Source: Eledone cirrhosa
Taxonomy: Eukaryota
Direction of reading: 5' to 3'
Assembly (NCBI GenBank): GCA_964016885.1
Contig: OZ024743.1
Coordinates: 247,442,001-247,506,000 of the forward strand
DNA: 64,000 bases
The translations under genes and the position numbers were made by a program. Below the pieces are notes generated by a model. That model ran no database searches, had not been told where the DNA came from, and was given only the letters and a program-made list of their open reading frames with translations. Numbering within the stretch: the stretch's first letter is position 1; each line of letters starts with the position of its first letter. Positions 40,030 to 52,163 of the stretch are shown piece by piece.

Positions 40030-43000
40030 ATCTCCTTAAAATCAATAGTTGTGGCTGTGGAACCAAACCGTGTTAAACGTCAACAAAGTCCGCCGGCGAA
40101 TGGTGTGCTTCGAAGAAAACGAATCCAAAAATGACGATTTGCCGGCGGAGTTACCTTTTCAATCGCGGGCCGGCCGCCCGTGGTCGGATCGATCTGTAAT
40201 TACTGGTACATGTGCAGACACACATTGGTTGTGTGTGGTGTGATTTTCAAAAAAACTGCCCATGCTAAATGAGGCAGCTGAAGTCCGGCGGCGAATGGTG
40301 TGCTTCGAAGAAAACGAATCACAAAACTGACGATTTGCCGGCGGAGTTACCTTTTCAATCGCGGGCCGGCCGCCCGTGGTCGGATCGATCTGTAATTACT
40401 GGTACATGTGCAGACACACTTGGTTGTGTGTGGTGTGATTTTCAAAAAAAACTGCCCATGCTAAATGAGGCAGCTGAAGTCCGGCGGCGAATGGTGTGCT
40501 TCGAAGAAAACGGATCACAAAAATGACGATTTGCCGGCGGAGTTACCTTTTCAATCGCGGGCCGGCCGCCCGTGGTCGGATCGATCTGTAATTACTGGTA
40601 CATGTGCAGACACACATTGGTTGTGTGTGGTGTGATTTTCAAAAAAACTGCCCATGCTAAATGAGGCAGCTGAAGTCCGGCGGCGAATGGTGTGCTTCGA
40701 AGAAAACGGATCACAAAAATGACGATTTGCCGGCGGAGTTACCTTTTCAATCGCGGGCCGGCCGACCCTGGTCGGATCGATCTGTAATTACTGGTTCCCG
40801 TGCAGGCACTCATTGGCTATGTGTGGCGTGAATTTCAGCAAGATATCTCCGTAAAATCAATAGTTGTGGCTGTGGAACCAAACCGTGTTAAACGTCAACA
40901 AAGTCCGCCGGCGAATGGTGTGCTTCGAAGAAAATGAATCCAAAAATGACGATTTGCCGGCGGAGTTACCTTTTCAATCGCGGGCCGGCCGCCCGTGGTC
41001 GTGTCGATCTGTAATTACTGGTACATGTGCAGACACACATTGGTTGTGTTTGGTGTGATTTTCAAAAACAACTGCCCATGCTAAATGAGGCAGCTGAAGT
41101 CCGGCGGCGAATGGTGTGCTTCGAAGAAAACGGATCACAAAAATGACGATTTGCCGGCGGAGTTACCTTTTCAATCGCGGGCCGGCCGCCCGTGGTCGGA
41201 TCGATCTGTAATTACTGGTACATGTGCAGACACACATTGGTTGTGTGTGGTGTGATTTTCAAAAAAACTGCCCATGCTAAATGAGGCAGCTGAAGTCCGG
41301 CGGCGAATGGTGTGCTTCGAAGAAAACGGATCACAAAAATAACGATTTGCCGGCGGAGTTACCTTTTCAATCGCGGGCCGGCCGCCCGTGGTCGGATCGA
41401 TCTGTAATTACTGGTACATGTGCAGACACTCATTGGCTATGTGTGGCGTGATCCTCAAGAACAACTGCCCATGCTAACTCTGGCAGCTGAAGTCCGCCGG
41501 CGAATGGTGTGCTTCGAAGAAAACGAATCCGAAAATGACGATTTGCAGGCGGAGTAACCTTTTCGATTGTGGGCCGGCCGCCCGTGGTGGGATCCATCTG
41601 TAATTACTGGTACATGTGCAGACACTCATTGGCTGTGTGTGGTGTGATCTTCAAGAAAAACTGCCCATGCTAAATGAGGCAGCTGAAGTCCGGCGGCGAA
41701 TGGTGTGCTTCGAAGAAAACGGATCACAAAAATGACGATTTGCCGGCGGAGTTACCTTTTTCTCGATCGTGGGCCGGCCGCCCGTGGTCGGATCGATCTC
41801 TAGTTACTGGTACATGTGCAGACACTCATTGACTGTGTGTGGTGTGATCTTCAAGAAAAACTGCCCATGCTAAATGAGGCAGCTGAAGTCCGCCGGCGAA
41901 TGGTGTGCTTCGAAGAAAACGAATCCGAAAATGACGATTTGCAGGCGGAGTAACCTTTTCGATTGTGGGCCGGCCGCCCGTGGTGGGATCCATCTGTAAT
42001 TACTGGTACATGTGCAGACACTCATTGGCTGTGTGTGGTGTGATCTTCAAGAAAAACTGCCCATGCTAAATGAGGCAGCTGAAGTCCGCCGGCGAATGGT
42101 GTGCTTCGAAGAAAACGAATCCGAAAATGACGATTTGCAGGCGGAGTAACCTTTTCGATTGTGGGCCGGCCGCCCGTGGTGGGATCCATCTGTAATTACT
42201 GGTACATGTGCAGACACTCATTGGCTATGTGTGGCGTGAATTTCAGCAGGATATCTCCTTAAAATCAATAGTTGTGGCTGTGGAACCAAACCGTGTTAAA
42301 CGTCAACAAAGTCCGCCGGCGAATGGTGTGCTTCGAAGAAAACGAATCCAAAAATGACGATTTGCCGGCGGAGTTACCTTTTCAATCGCGGGCCGGCCGC
42401 CCGTGGTCGGATCGATCTGTAATTACTGGTACATGTGCAGACACACTTGGTTGTGTGTGGTGTGATTTTCAAAAAAAACTGCCCATGCTAAATGAGGCAG
42501 CTGAAGTCCGGCGGCGAATGGTGTGCTTCGAAGAAAACGAATCACAAAAATGACGATTTGCCGGCGGAGTTACCTTTTCAATCGCGGGCCGGCCGCCCGT
42601 GGTCGGATCGATCTGTAATTACTGGTACATGTGCAGACACACTTGGTTGTGTGTGGTGTGATTTTCAAAAAAAACTGCCCATGCTAAATGAGGCAGCTGA
42701 AGTCCGGCGGCGAATGGTGTGCTTCGAAGAAAACGGATCACAAAAATGACGATTTGCCGGCGGAGTTACCTTTTCAATCGCGGGCCGGCCGCCCGTGGTC
42801 GGATCGATCTGTAATTACTGGTACATGTGCAGACACACATTGGTTGTGTGTGGTGTGATTTTCAAAAAAACTGCCCATGCTAAATGAGGCAGCTGAAGTC
42901 CGGCGGCGAATGGTGTGCTTCGAAGAAAACGGATCACAAAAATGACGATTTGCCGGCGGAGTTACCTTTTCAATCGCGGGCCGGCCGACCCTGGTCGGAT

Positions 43001-43900
43001 CGATCTGTAATTACTGGTTCCCGTGCAGGCACTCATTGGCTATGTGTTGCGTGAATTTCAGCAAGATATCTCCGTAAAATCAATAGTTGTGGCTGTGGAA
43101 CCAAACCGTGTTAAACGTCAACAAAGTCCGCCGGCGAATGGTGTGCTTCGAAGAAAATGAATCCAAAAATGACGATTTGCCGGCGGAGTTACCTTTTCAA
43201 TCGCGGGCCGGCCGCCCGTGGTCGTATCGATCTGTAATTACTGGTACATGTGCAGACACACATTGGTTGTGTGTGGTGTGATTTTCAAAAACAACTGCCC
43301 ATGCTAAATGAGGCAGCTGAAGTCCGGCGGCGAATGGTGTGCTTCGAAGAAAACGGATCACAAAAATGACGATTTGCCGGCGGAGTTACCTTTTCAATCG
43401 CGGGCCGGCCGCCCGTGGTCGGATCGATCTGTAATTACTGGTACATGTGCAGACACACATTGGTTGTGTGTGGTGTGATTTTCAAAAAAACTGCCCATGC
43501 TAAATGAGGCAGCTGAAGTCCGGCGGCGAATGGTGTGCTTCGAAGAAAACGGATCACAAAAATGACGATTTGCCGGCGGAGTTACCTTTTCAATCGCGGG
43601 CCGGCCGCCCGTGGTCGGATCGATCTGTAATTACTGGTACATGTGCAGACACTCATTGGCTATGTGTGGCGTGATCCTCAAGAACAACTGCCCATGCTAA
43701 CTCTGGCAGCTGAAGTCCGCCGGCGAATGGTGTGCTTCGAAGAAAACGAATCCGAAAATGACGATTTGCAGGCGGAGTAACCTTTTCGATTGTGGGCCGG
43801 CCGCCCGTGGTGGGATCCATCTGTAATTACTGGTACATGTGCAGACACTCATTGGCTGTGTGTGGTGTGATCTTCAAGAAAAACTGCCCATGCTAAATGA
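40030..43900 (+). repeat. Duplication with 2223-bp offset
   Basis: ORF offsets 40049/42272, 40269/42492 and 40864/43087. Markers GGTTCCCGTGCAGGCACTC and GATCCTCAAGAACAAC...AACTCTGGC. Confidence 0.83.
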
Positions 43901-44440
43901 GGCAGCTTAAGTCCGGCGGCGAATGGTGTGCTTCGAAGAAAACGAATCACAAAAATGACGATTTGCCGGCGGAGTTACCTTTTCAATCGCGGGCCGGCCG
44001 CCCGGGGTCGGATCGATCTGTAATTACTGGTACCTGTGCAAACATTCATTGGCTGTGTGTGGTGTGATCTTCAAGAAAAACTGCCCATGCTAAATGAGGA
44101 AGCTGAAGTCCGCCAGCGAATAATGTGCTTCGAAGAAACGAATCACAAAAATGCGGATTTGCCAGCGGAGTTACCTCTTCGATCGTGGGCCGGCCGCCCG
44201 TGGTTGGATCGATCTGTCATTACTGGTACATGTGCAGACACTCATTGGCTATGTGTGGCGTGAATTTCAGCAAGATATCTCCGTAAAATCAATAGTTGTG
44301 GCTGTGGAACCAACCCGTGTTAAACGTCAACAAAGTCGTTGAGCGTAAGTTTGTTTACATTGAACTCGTGGTGGGATCGATCTGTAATTACTGGTACATG
44401 TGCAGACACACATTGGTTGTGTGTGGTGTGATTTTCAAAA

Positions 44441-44485
44441 AAAACTGCCCATGCTAAATGGAGATATCTTGGTGAAATTCACGCC
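44441..44485. other. Inversion junction (tail-to-tail) within the satellite array
   Basis: Forward module A ...CTGCCCATGCTAAATG (to 44460) joins GAGATATCTTGGTGAAATTCACGCC, the reverse complement of the start of module B. At most 1 bp (G44460) is shared and nothing is inserted. Confidence 0.95.
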
Positions 44486-45617
44486 ACACATAGCCAATGA
44501 GTGTCTGCACATGTACCAGTAATTACAGATCGATCCGACCACGGGCGGCCGGCCCACGATCGAAAAGGTAACTCCTCTGGCAAATCCGCATTTTTGTGAT
44601 TCGTTTTCTTCGAAGCACAACATTCGCCGCCGGACTTCAGCTGCCTCATTTAGCATGGGCAGTTTTTTTTGAAAATCACACCACACACAACCAATGTGTG
44701 TCTGCACATGTACCAGTAATTACAGATCGATCCGACCCCGGGCGGCCGGCCCGCGATTGAAAAGGTAACTCCGCCGGCAAATCGTCATTTTTGTGATCCG
44801 TTTTCTTCGAAGCACACCATTCGCCGCCGGACTTCAGCTGCCTCATTTAGCATGGGCAGTTTTTTTTGAAAATCACACCACACACAACCAATGTGTGTCT
44901 GCATATGTACCAGTAATTACAGATCGATCCGACCACGGGTGGCCGGCCCGCGATTGAAAAGGTAAACCCGCCGGCAAATCGTCATTTTTGTGATTCGTTT
45001 TCTTCGAAGCACACCATTCGCCGCCGGACTTCAGCTGCCTCATTTAGCATGGGCAGTTTTTTTTGAAAATCACACCACACACAACCAATGTGTGTCTGCA
45101 CATGTACCAGTAATTACAGATCGATCCCACCACGAGTTCAATGTAAACAAACTTACGCTCAACGACTTTGTTGACGTTTAACACGGTTTGGTTCCACAGC
45201 CACAACTATTGATTTTACGGAGATATCTTGCTGAAATTCACGCCACACATAGCCAATGAGTGTCTGCACATGTACTAGTAATTACAGATCGATCCGACCA
45301 CGGGCGGCCGACCCGCGATTGAAAATGTAACTCCGCCGGCAAATCGTCATTTTTGGATTCGTTTTCTTCGAAGCACACCATTCGCCGGCGGACTTTGTTG
45401 ACGTTTAACACGGTTTGGTTCCACAGCCACAACTATTGATTTTACGGAGATATCTTGCTGAAGTTCACGCCACACATAGCCAATGAGTGTCTGCACATGT
45501 ACCAGTAATTACAGATCGATCCGACCACGGCCGGCCGGCCCGCGATTGAAAAGGTAACTCCGCCGGCAAATCGTCATTTTTGGATTCGTTTTCTTCGAAG
45601 CACACCATTCGCCGGCG

Positions 45618-48600
45618 GACTTTGTTGACGTTTAACACGGTTTGGTTCCACAGCCACAACTATTGATTTTACGGAGATATCTTGCTGAACTTCACGTCAC
45701 ACATAGCCAATGAGTGTCTGCACAGGTACCAGTAATTACAGATCGATCCGCCCACGGGCGGCCGGCCCACGATCGAAAAGGTAACTCCGCTGGCAAATCC
45801 GCATTTTTGTGATTCGTTTCTTCGAAGCACATTATTCGCCGGCGGACTTCAGCTTCCACATTTAGCATGGGCAGTTTTTCTTGAAGATCACACCACACAC
45901 AGCCAATGAATGTTTGCACAGGTACCACTAATTACAGATCGATCCGACCCCGGGCGGCCGGCCCGCGATTGAAAAGGTAACTCCGCCGGCAAATCGTCAT
46001 TTTTGTGATCCGTTTTCTTCGAAGCACACCATTCGCCGCCGGACTTCAGCTGCCTCATTTAGCATGGGCAGTTTTTTTGAAAATCACACCACACACAACC
46101 AATGTGTGTCTGCACATGTACCAGTAATTACAGATCGATCCGACCACGGGCGGCCGGCCCGCGATTGAAAAGGTAACTCCGCCGGCAAATCGTCATTTTT
46201 GTGATCCGTTTTCTTCGAAGCACACCATTCGCCGCCGGACTTCAGCTGCCTCATTTAGCATGGGCAGTTGTTTTTGAAAATCACACCACACACAACCAAT
46301 GTGTGTCTGCACATGTACCAGTAATTACAGATCGATACGACCACGGGCGGCCGGCCCGCGATTGAAAAGGTAACTCCGCCGGCAAATCGTCATTTTTGGA
46401 TTCATTTTCTTCGAAGCACACCATTCGCCGGCGGACTTTGTTGACGTTTAACACGGTTTGGTTCCACAGCCACAACTATTGATTTTACGGAGATATCTTG
46501 CTGAAATTCACGCAACACATAGCCAATGAGTGTCTGCACATATACCAGTAATTACAGATCGATCCGACCACGGGCGGCCGGCCCGCGATTGAAAAGGTAA
46601 CTCCGCCGGCAAATCGTCATTTTTGGATTCGTTTTCTTCGAAGCACACCATTCGCCGGCGGACTTTGTTGACGTTTAATACGGTTTGGTTCCACAGCCAC
46701 AACTATTGATTTTACGGAGATATCTTGCTGAACTTCACGTCACACATAGCCAATGAGTGTCTGCACAGGTACCAGTAATTACAGATCGATCCGCCCACGG
46801 GCGGCCGGCCCACGATCGAAAAGGTAACTCCGCTGGCAAATCCGCATTTTTGTGATTCGTTTCTTCGAAGCACATTATTCGCCGGCGGACTTCAGCTTCC
46901 ACATTTAGCATGGGCAGTTTTTCTTGAAGATCACACCACACACAACCAATGTGTGTCTGCACATGTACCAGTAATTACAGATCGATCCGACCACGGGCGG
47001 CCGGCCCGCGATTGAAAAGGTAACTCCGCCGGCAAATCGTCATTTTTGTGATCCGTTTTCTTCGAAGCACACCATTCGCCGCCGGACTTCAGCTGCCTCA
47101 TTTAGCATGGGCAGTTTTTTTGAAAATCACACCACACACAACCAATGTGTGTCTGCACATGTACCAGTAATTACAGATCGATCCGACCACGGGCGGCCGG
47201 CCCGGGATTGAAAAGGTAACTCCGCCGGCAAATCGTCATTTTTGGATTCGTTTTCTTCGAAGCACACCATTCGCCGGCGGGCTTTGTTGACGTTTAACAC
47301 GGTTTGGTTCCACAGCCACAACTATTGATTTTACGGAGATATCTTGCTGAACTTCACGTCACACATAGCCAATGAGTGTCTGCACAGGTACCAGTAATTA
47401 CAGATCGATCCGCCCACGGGCGGCCGGCCCACGATCGAAAAGGAAACTCCGCTGGCAAATCCGCATTTTTGTGATTCGTTTCTTCGAAGCACATTATTCG
47501 CCGGCGGACTTCAGCTTCCTCATTTAGCATGGGCAGTTTTTCTTGAAGATCACACCACACACAGCCAATGAATGTTTGCACAGGTACCAGTAATTACAGA
47601 TCGATCCGACCCCGGGCGGCCGCCCCGCGATTGAAAAGGTAACTCCGCCGGCAAATCGTCATTTTTGTGATCCGTTTTCTTCGAAGCACACCATTCGCCG
47701 CCGGACTTCAGCTGCCTCATTTAGCATGGGCAGTTTTTTTTGAAAATCACACCACACACAACCAATGTGTGTCTGCACACGTACCAGTAATTACAGATTG
47801 ATCCGACCACGGGCGGCCGGCCCGCGATTGAAAAGGTAACTCCGCCGGCAAATCGTCATTTTTGTGATTCGTTTTCTTCGAAGCACACCATTCGCCGCCG
47901 GACTTAAGCTGCCTCATTTATCATGGGCAGTTTTTTTTGAAAATCACACCACACACAACCAATGTGTGTCTGCACATGTACCAGTAATTACAGATCGATC
48001 CGACCACGGGCGGCCGGCCCGCGATTGAAAAGGTAACTCCGCCGGCAAATCGTCATTTTTGGATTCATTTTCTTCGAAGCACACCATTCGACGGCGGACT
48101 TTGTTGACGTTTAACACGGTTTGGTTCCACAGCCACAACTATTGATTTCACGGAGATATCTTGCTGAAATTCACGGCACACATAGCCAATGAGTGTCTGC
48201 ACGGGTACCAGTAATTACAGATCGATCTGACCTCGGGCGGCCGGCCCACGATCGAAAAGGTAACTCCGCCGGCAAATCGTCATTTTTGTGATCCGTTTTC
48301 TTCGAAGCACACCATTCGCCGCCGGACTTCAGCTGCCTCATTTAGCATGGGCAGTTTTTTGGAAAATCACACCACACACATCCAATGTGTGTCTGCACAT
48401 GTACCAGTAATTACAGATCGATCCGACCACGGGCGGCCGGCCCGCGATTGAAAAGGTAACTCCGCCGGCAAATCGTCATTTTTGTGATCCGTTTTCTTCG
48501 AAGCACACCATTCGCCGCCGGACTTCAGCTGCCTCATTTAGCATGGGCAGTTTTTTTTGAAAATCACACCACAAACAACCAATGTGTGTCTGCATATGTA

Positions 48601-51600
48601 CCAGTAATTACAGATCGATCCGACCACGGGCGGCCGGCCCGCGATTGAAAAGGTAACTCCGCCGGCAAATCGTCATTTTTGTGATCCGTTTTCTTCGAAG
48701 CACACCATTCGCCGCCGGACTTCAGCTGCCTCATTTAGCATGGGCAGTTTTTTTTGAAAATCACACCACACACAACCAATGTGTGTCTGCACATGTACCA
48801 GTAATTACAGATCGATCCCACCACGAGTTCAATGTAAACAAACTTACGCTCAACGACTTTGTTGACGTTTAACACGGTTTGGTTCCACAGCCACAACTAT
48901 TGATTTTACGGAGATATCTTGCTGAACTTCACGTCACACATAGCCAATGAGTGTCTGCACAGGTACCAGTAATTACAGATCGATCCGCCCACGGGCGGCC
49001 GGCCCACGATCGAAAAGGTAACTCCGCTGGCAAATCCGCATTTTTGTGATTCGTTTCTTCGAAGCACATTATTCGCCGGCGGACTTCAGCTTCCACATTT
49101 AGCATGGGCAGTTTTTCTTGAAGATCACACCACACACAGCCAATGAATGTTTGCACAGGTACCACTAATTACAGATCGATCCGACCCCGGGCGGCCGGCC
49201 CGCGATTGAAAAGGTAACTCCGCCGGCAAATCGTCATTTTTGTGATCCGTTTTCTTCGAAGCACACCATTCGCCGCCGGACTTCAGCTGCCTCATTTAGC
49301 ATGGGCAGTTTTTTTGAAAATCACACCACACACAACCAATGTGTGTCTGCACATGTACCAGTAATTACAGATCGATCCGACCACGGGCGGCCGGCCCGCG
49401 ATTGAAAAGGTAACTCCGCCGGCAAATCGTCATTTTTGTGATCCGTTTTCTTCGAAGCACACCATTCGCCGCCGGACTTCAGCTGCCTCATTTAGCATGG
49501 GCAGTTGTTTTTGAAAATCACACCACACACAACCAATGTGTGTCTGCACATGTACCAGTAATTACAGATCGATACGACCACGGGCGGCCGGCCCGCGATT
49601 GAAAAGGTAACTCCGCCGGCAAATCGTCATTTTTGGATTCATTTTCTTCGAAGCACACCATTCGCCGGCGGACTTTGTTGACGTTTAACACGGTTTGGTT
49701 CCACAGCCACAACTATTGATTTTACGGAGATATCTTGCTGAAATTCACGCAACACATAGCCAATGAGTGTCTGCACATATACCAGTAATTACAGATCGAT
49801 CCGACCACGGGCGGCCGGCCCGCGATTGAAAAGGTAACTCCGCCGGCAAATCGTCATTTTTGGATTCGTTTTCTTCGAAGCACACCATTCGCCGGCGGAC
49901 TTTGTTGACGTTTAATACGGTTTGGTTCCACAGCCACAACTATTGATTTTACGGAGATATCTTGCTGAACTTCACGTCACACATAGCCAATGAGTGTCTG
50001 CACAGGTACCAGTAATTACAGATCGATCCGCCCACGGGCGGCCGGCCCACGATCGAAAAGGTAACTCCGCTGGCAAATCCGCATTTTTGTGATTCGTTTC
50101 TTCGAAGCACATTATTCGCCGGCGGACTTCAGCTTCCACATTTAGCATGGGCAGTTTTTCTTGAAGATCACACCACACACAACCAATGTGTGTCTGCACA
50201 TGTACCAGTAATTACAGATCGATCCGACCACGGGCGGCCGGCCCGCGATTGAAAAGGTAACTCCGCCGGCAAATCGTCATTTTTGTGATCCGTTTTCTTC
50301 GAAGCACACCATTCGCCGCCGGACTTCAGCTGCCTCATTTAGCATGGGCAGTTTTTTTGAAAATCACACCACACACAACCAATGTGTGTCTGCACATGTA
50401 CCAGTAATTACAGATCGATCCGACCACGGGCGGCCGGCCCGGGATTGAAAAGGTAACTCCGCCGGCAAATCGTCATTTTTGGATTCGTTTTCTTCGAAGC
50501 ACACCATTCGCCGGCGGGCTTTGTTGACGTTTAACACGGTTTGGTTCCACAGCCACAACTATTGATTTTACGGAGATATCTTGCTGAACTTCACGTCACA
50601 CATAGCCAATGAGTGTCTGCACAGGTACCAGTAATTACAGATCGATCCGCCCACGGGCGGCCGGCCCACGATCGAAAAGGAAACTCCGCTGGCAAATCCG
50701 CATTTTTGTGATTCGTTTCTTCGAAGCACATTATTCGCCGGCGGACTTCAGCTTCCTCATTTAGCATGGGCAGTTTTTCTTGAAGATCACACCACACACA
50801 GCCAATGAATGTTTGCACAGGTACCAGTAATTACAGATCGATCCGACCCCGGGCGGCCGCCCCGCGATTGAAAAGGTAACTCCGCCGGCAAATCGTCATT
50901 TTTGTGATCCGTTTTCTTCGAAGCACACCATTCGCCGCCGGACTTCAGCTGCCTCATTTAGCATGGGCAGTTTTTTTTGAAAATCACACCACACACAACC
51001 AATGTGTGTCTGCACACGTACCAGTAATTACAGATTGATCCGACCACGGGCGGCCGGCCCGCGATTGAAAAGGTAACTCCGCCGGCAAATCGTCATTTTT
51101 GTGATTCGTTTTCTTCGAAGCACACCATTCGCCGCCGGACTTAAGCTGCCTCATTTATCATGGGCAGTTTTTTTTGAAAATCACACCACACACAACCAAT
51201 GTGTGTCTGCACATGTACCAGTAATTACAGATCGATCCGACCACGGGCGGCCGGCCCGCGATTGAAAAGGTAACTCCGCCGGCAAATCGTCATTTTTGGA
51301 TTCATTTTCTTCGAAGCACACCATTCGACGGCGGACTTTGTTGACGTTTAACACGGTTTGGTTCCACAGCCACAACTATTGATTTCACGGAGATATCTTG
51401 CTGAAATTCACGGCACACATAGCCAATGAGTGTCTGCACGGGTACCAGTAATTACAGATCGATCTGACCTCGGGCGGCCGGCCCACGATCGAAAAGGTAA
51501 CTCCGCCGGCAAATCGTCATTTTTGTGATCCGTTTTCTTCGAAGCACACCATTCGCCGCCGGACTTCAGCTGCCTCATTTAGCATGGGCAGTTTTTTGGA

Positions 51601-52163
51601 AAATCACACCACACACATCCAATGTGTGTCTGCACATGTACCAGTAATTACAGATCGATCCGACCACGGGCGGCCGGCCCGCGATTGAAAAGGTAACTCC
51701 GCCGGCAAATCGTCATTTTTGTGATCCGTTTTCTTCGAAGCACACCATTCGCCGCCGGACTTCAGCTGCCTCATTTAGCATGGGCAGTTTTTTTTGAAAA
51801 TCACACCACAAACAACCAATGTGTGTCTGCATATGTACCAGTAATTACAGATCGATCCGACCACGGGCGGCCGGCCCGCGATTGAAAAGGTAACTCCGCC
51901 GGCAAATCGTCATTTTTGTGATCCGTTTTCTTCGAAGCACACCATTCGCCGCCGGACTTCAGCTGCCTCATTTAGCATGGGCAGTTTTTTTTGAAAATCA
52001 CACCACACACAACCAATGTGTGTCTGCACATGTACCAGTAATTACAGATCGATCCCACCACGAGTTCAATGTAAACAAACTTACGCTCAACGACTTTGTT
52101 GACGTTTAACACGGTTTGGTTCCACAGCCACAACTATTGATTTTACGGAGATATCTTGCTGAA
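45618..52163 (-). repeat. 3237-bp HOR, two near-identical tandem copies (related third copy follows at +3464)
   Basis: ORF offsets 45692/48929, 46281/49518, 47127/50364, 47944/51181 and 48681/51918 are all 3237. Confidence 0.9.

Larger units (their letters stand above)
1..44460 (+). repeat. Satellite DNA array, left arm (168/196-200/227-bp monomers, arbitrary 'forward' orientation)
   Basis: Uninterrupted head-to-tail recurrence of GATC(G/C)ATCT(G/C)TAATTACTGGTACATGTGCAGA about every 170-230 bp (e.g. 375, 543, 740, 940, 1136). No unique sequence. Continues beyond the window start. Confidence 0.98.

Noticed and set aside
39000-50000. Perfect palindrome or fold-back sequencing artefact centred on 44460
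   Set aside because: Matching markers lie at unequal distances (43087 is 1373 bp left, 46475 is 2015 bp right) and monomer order and SNPs differ between the arms.
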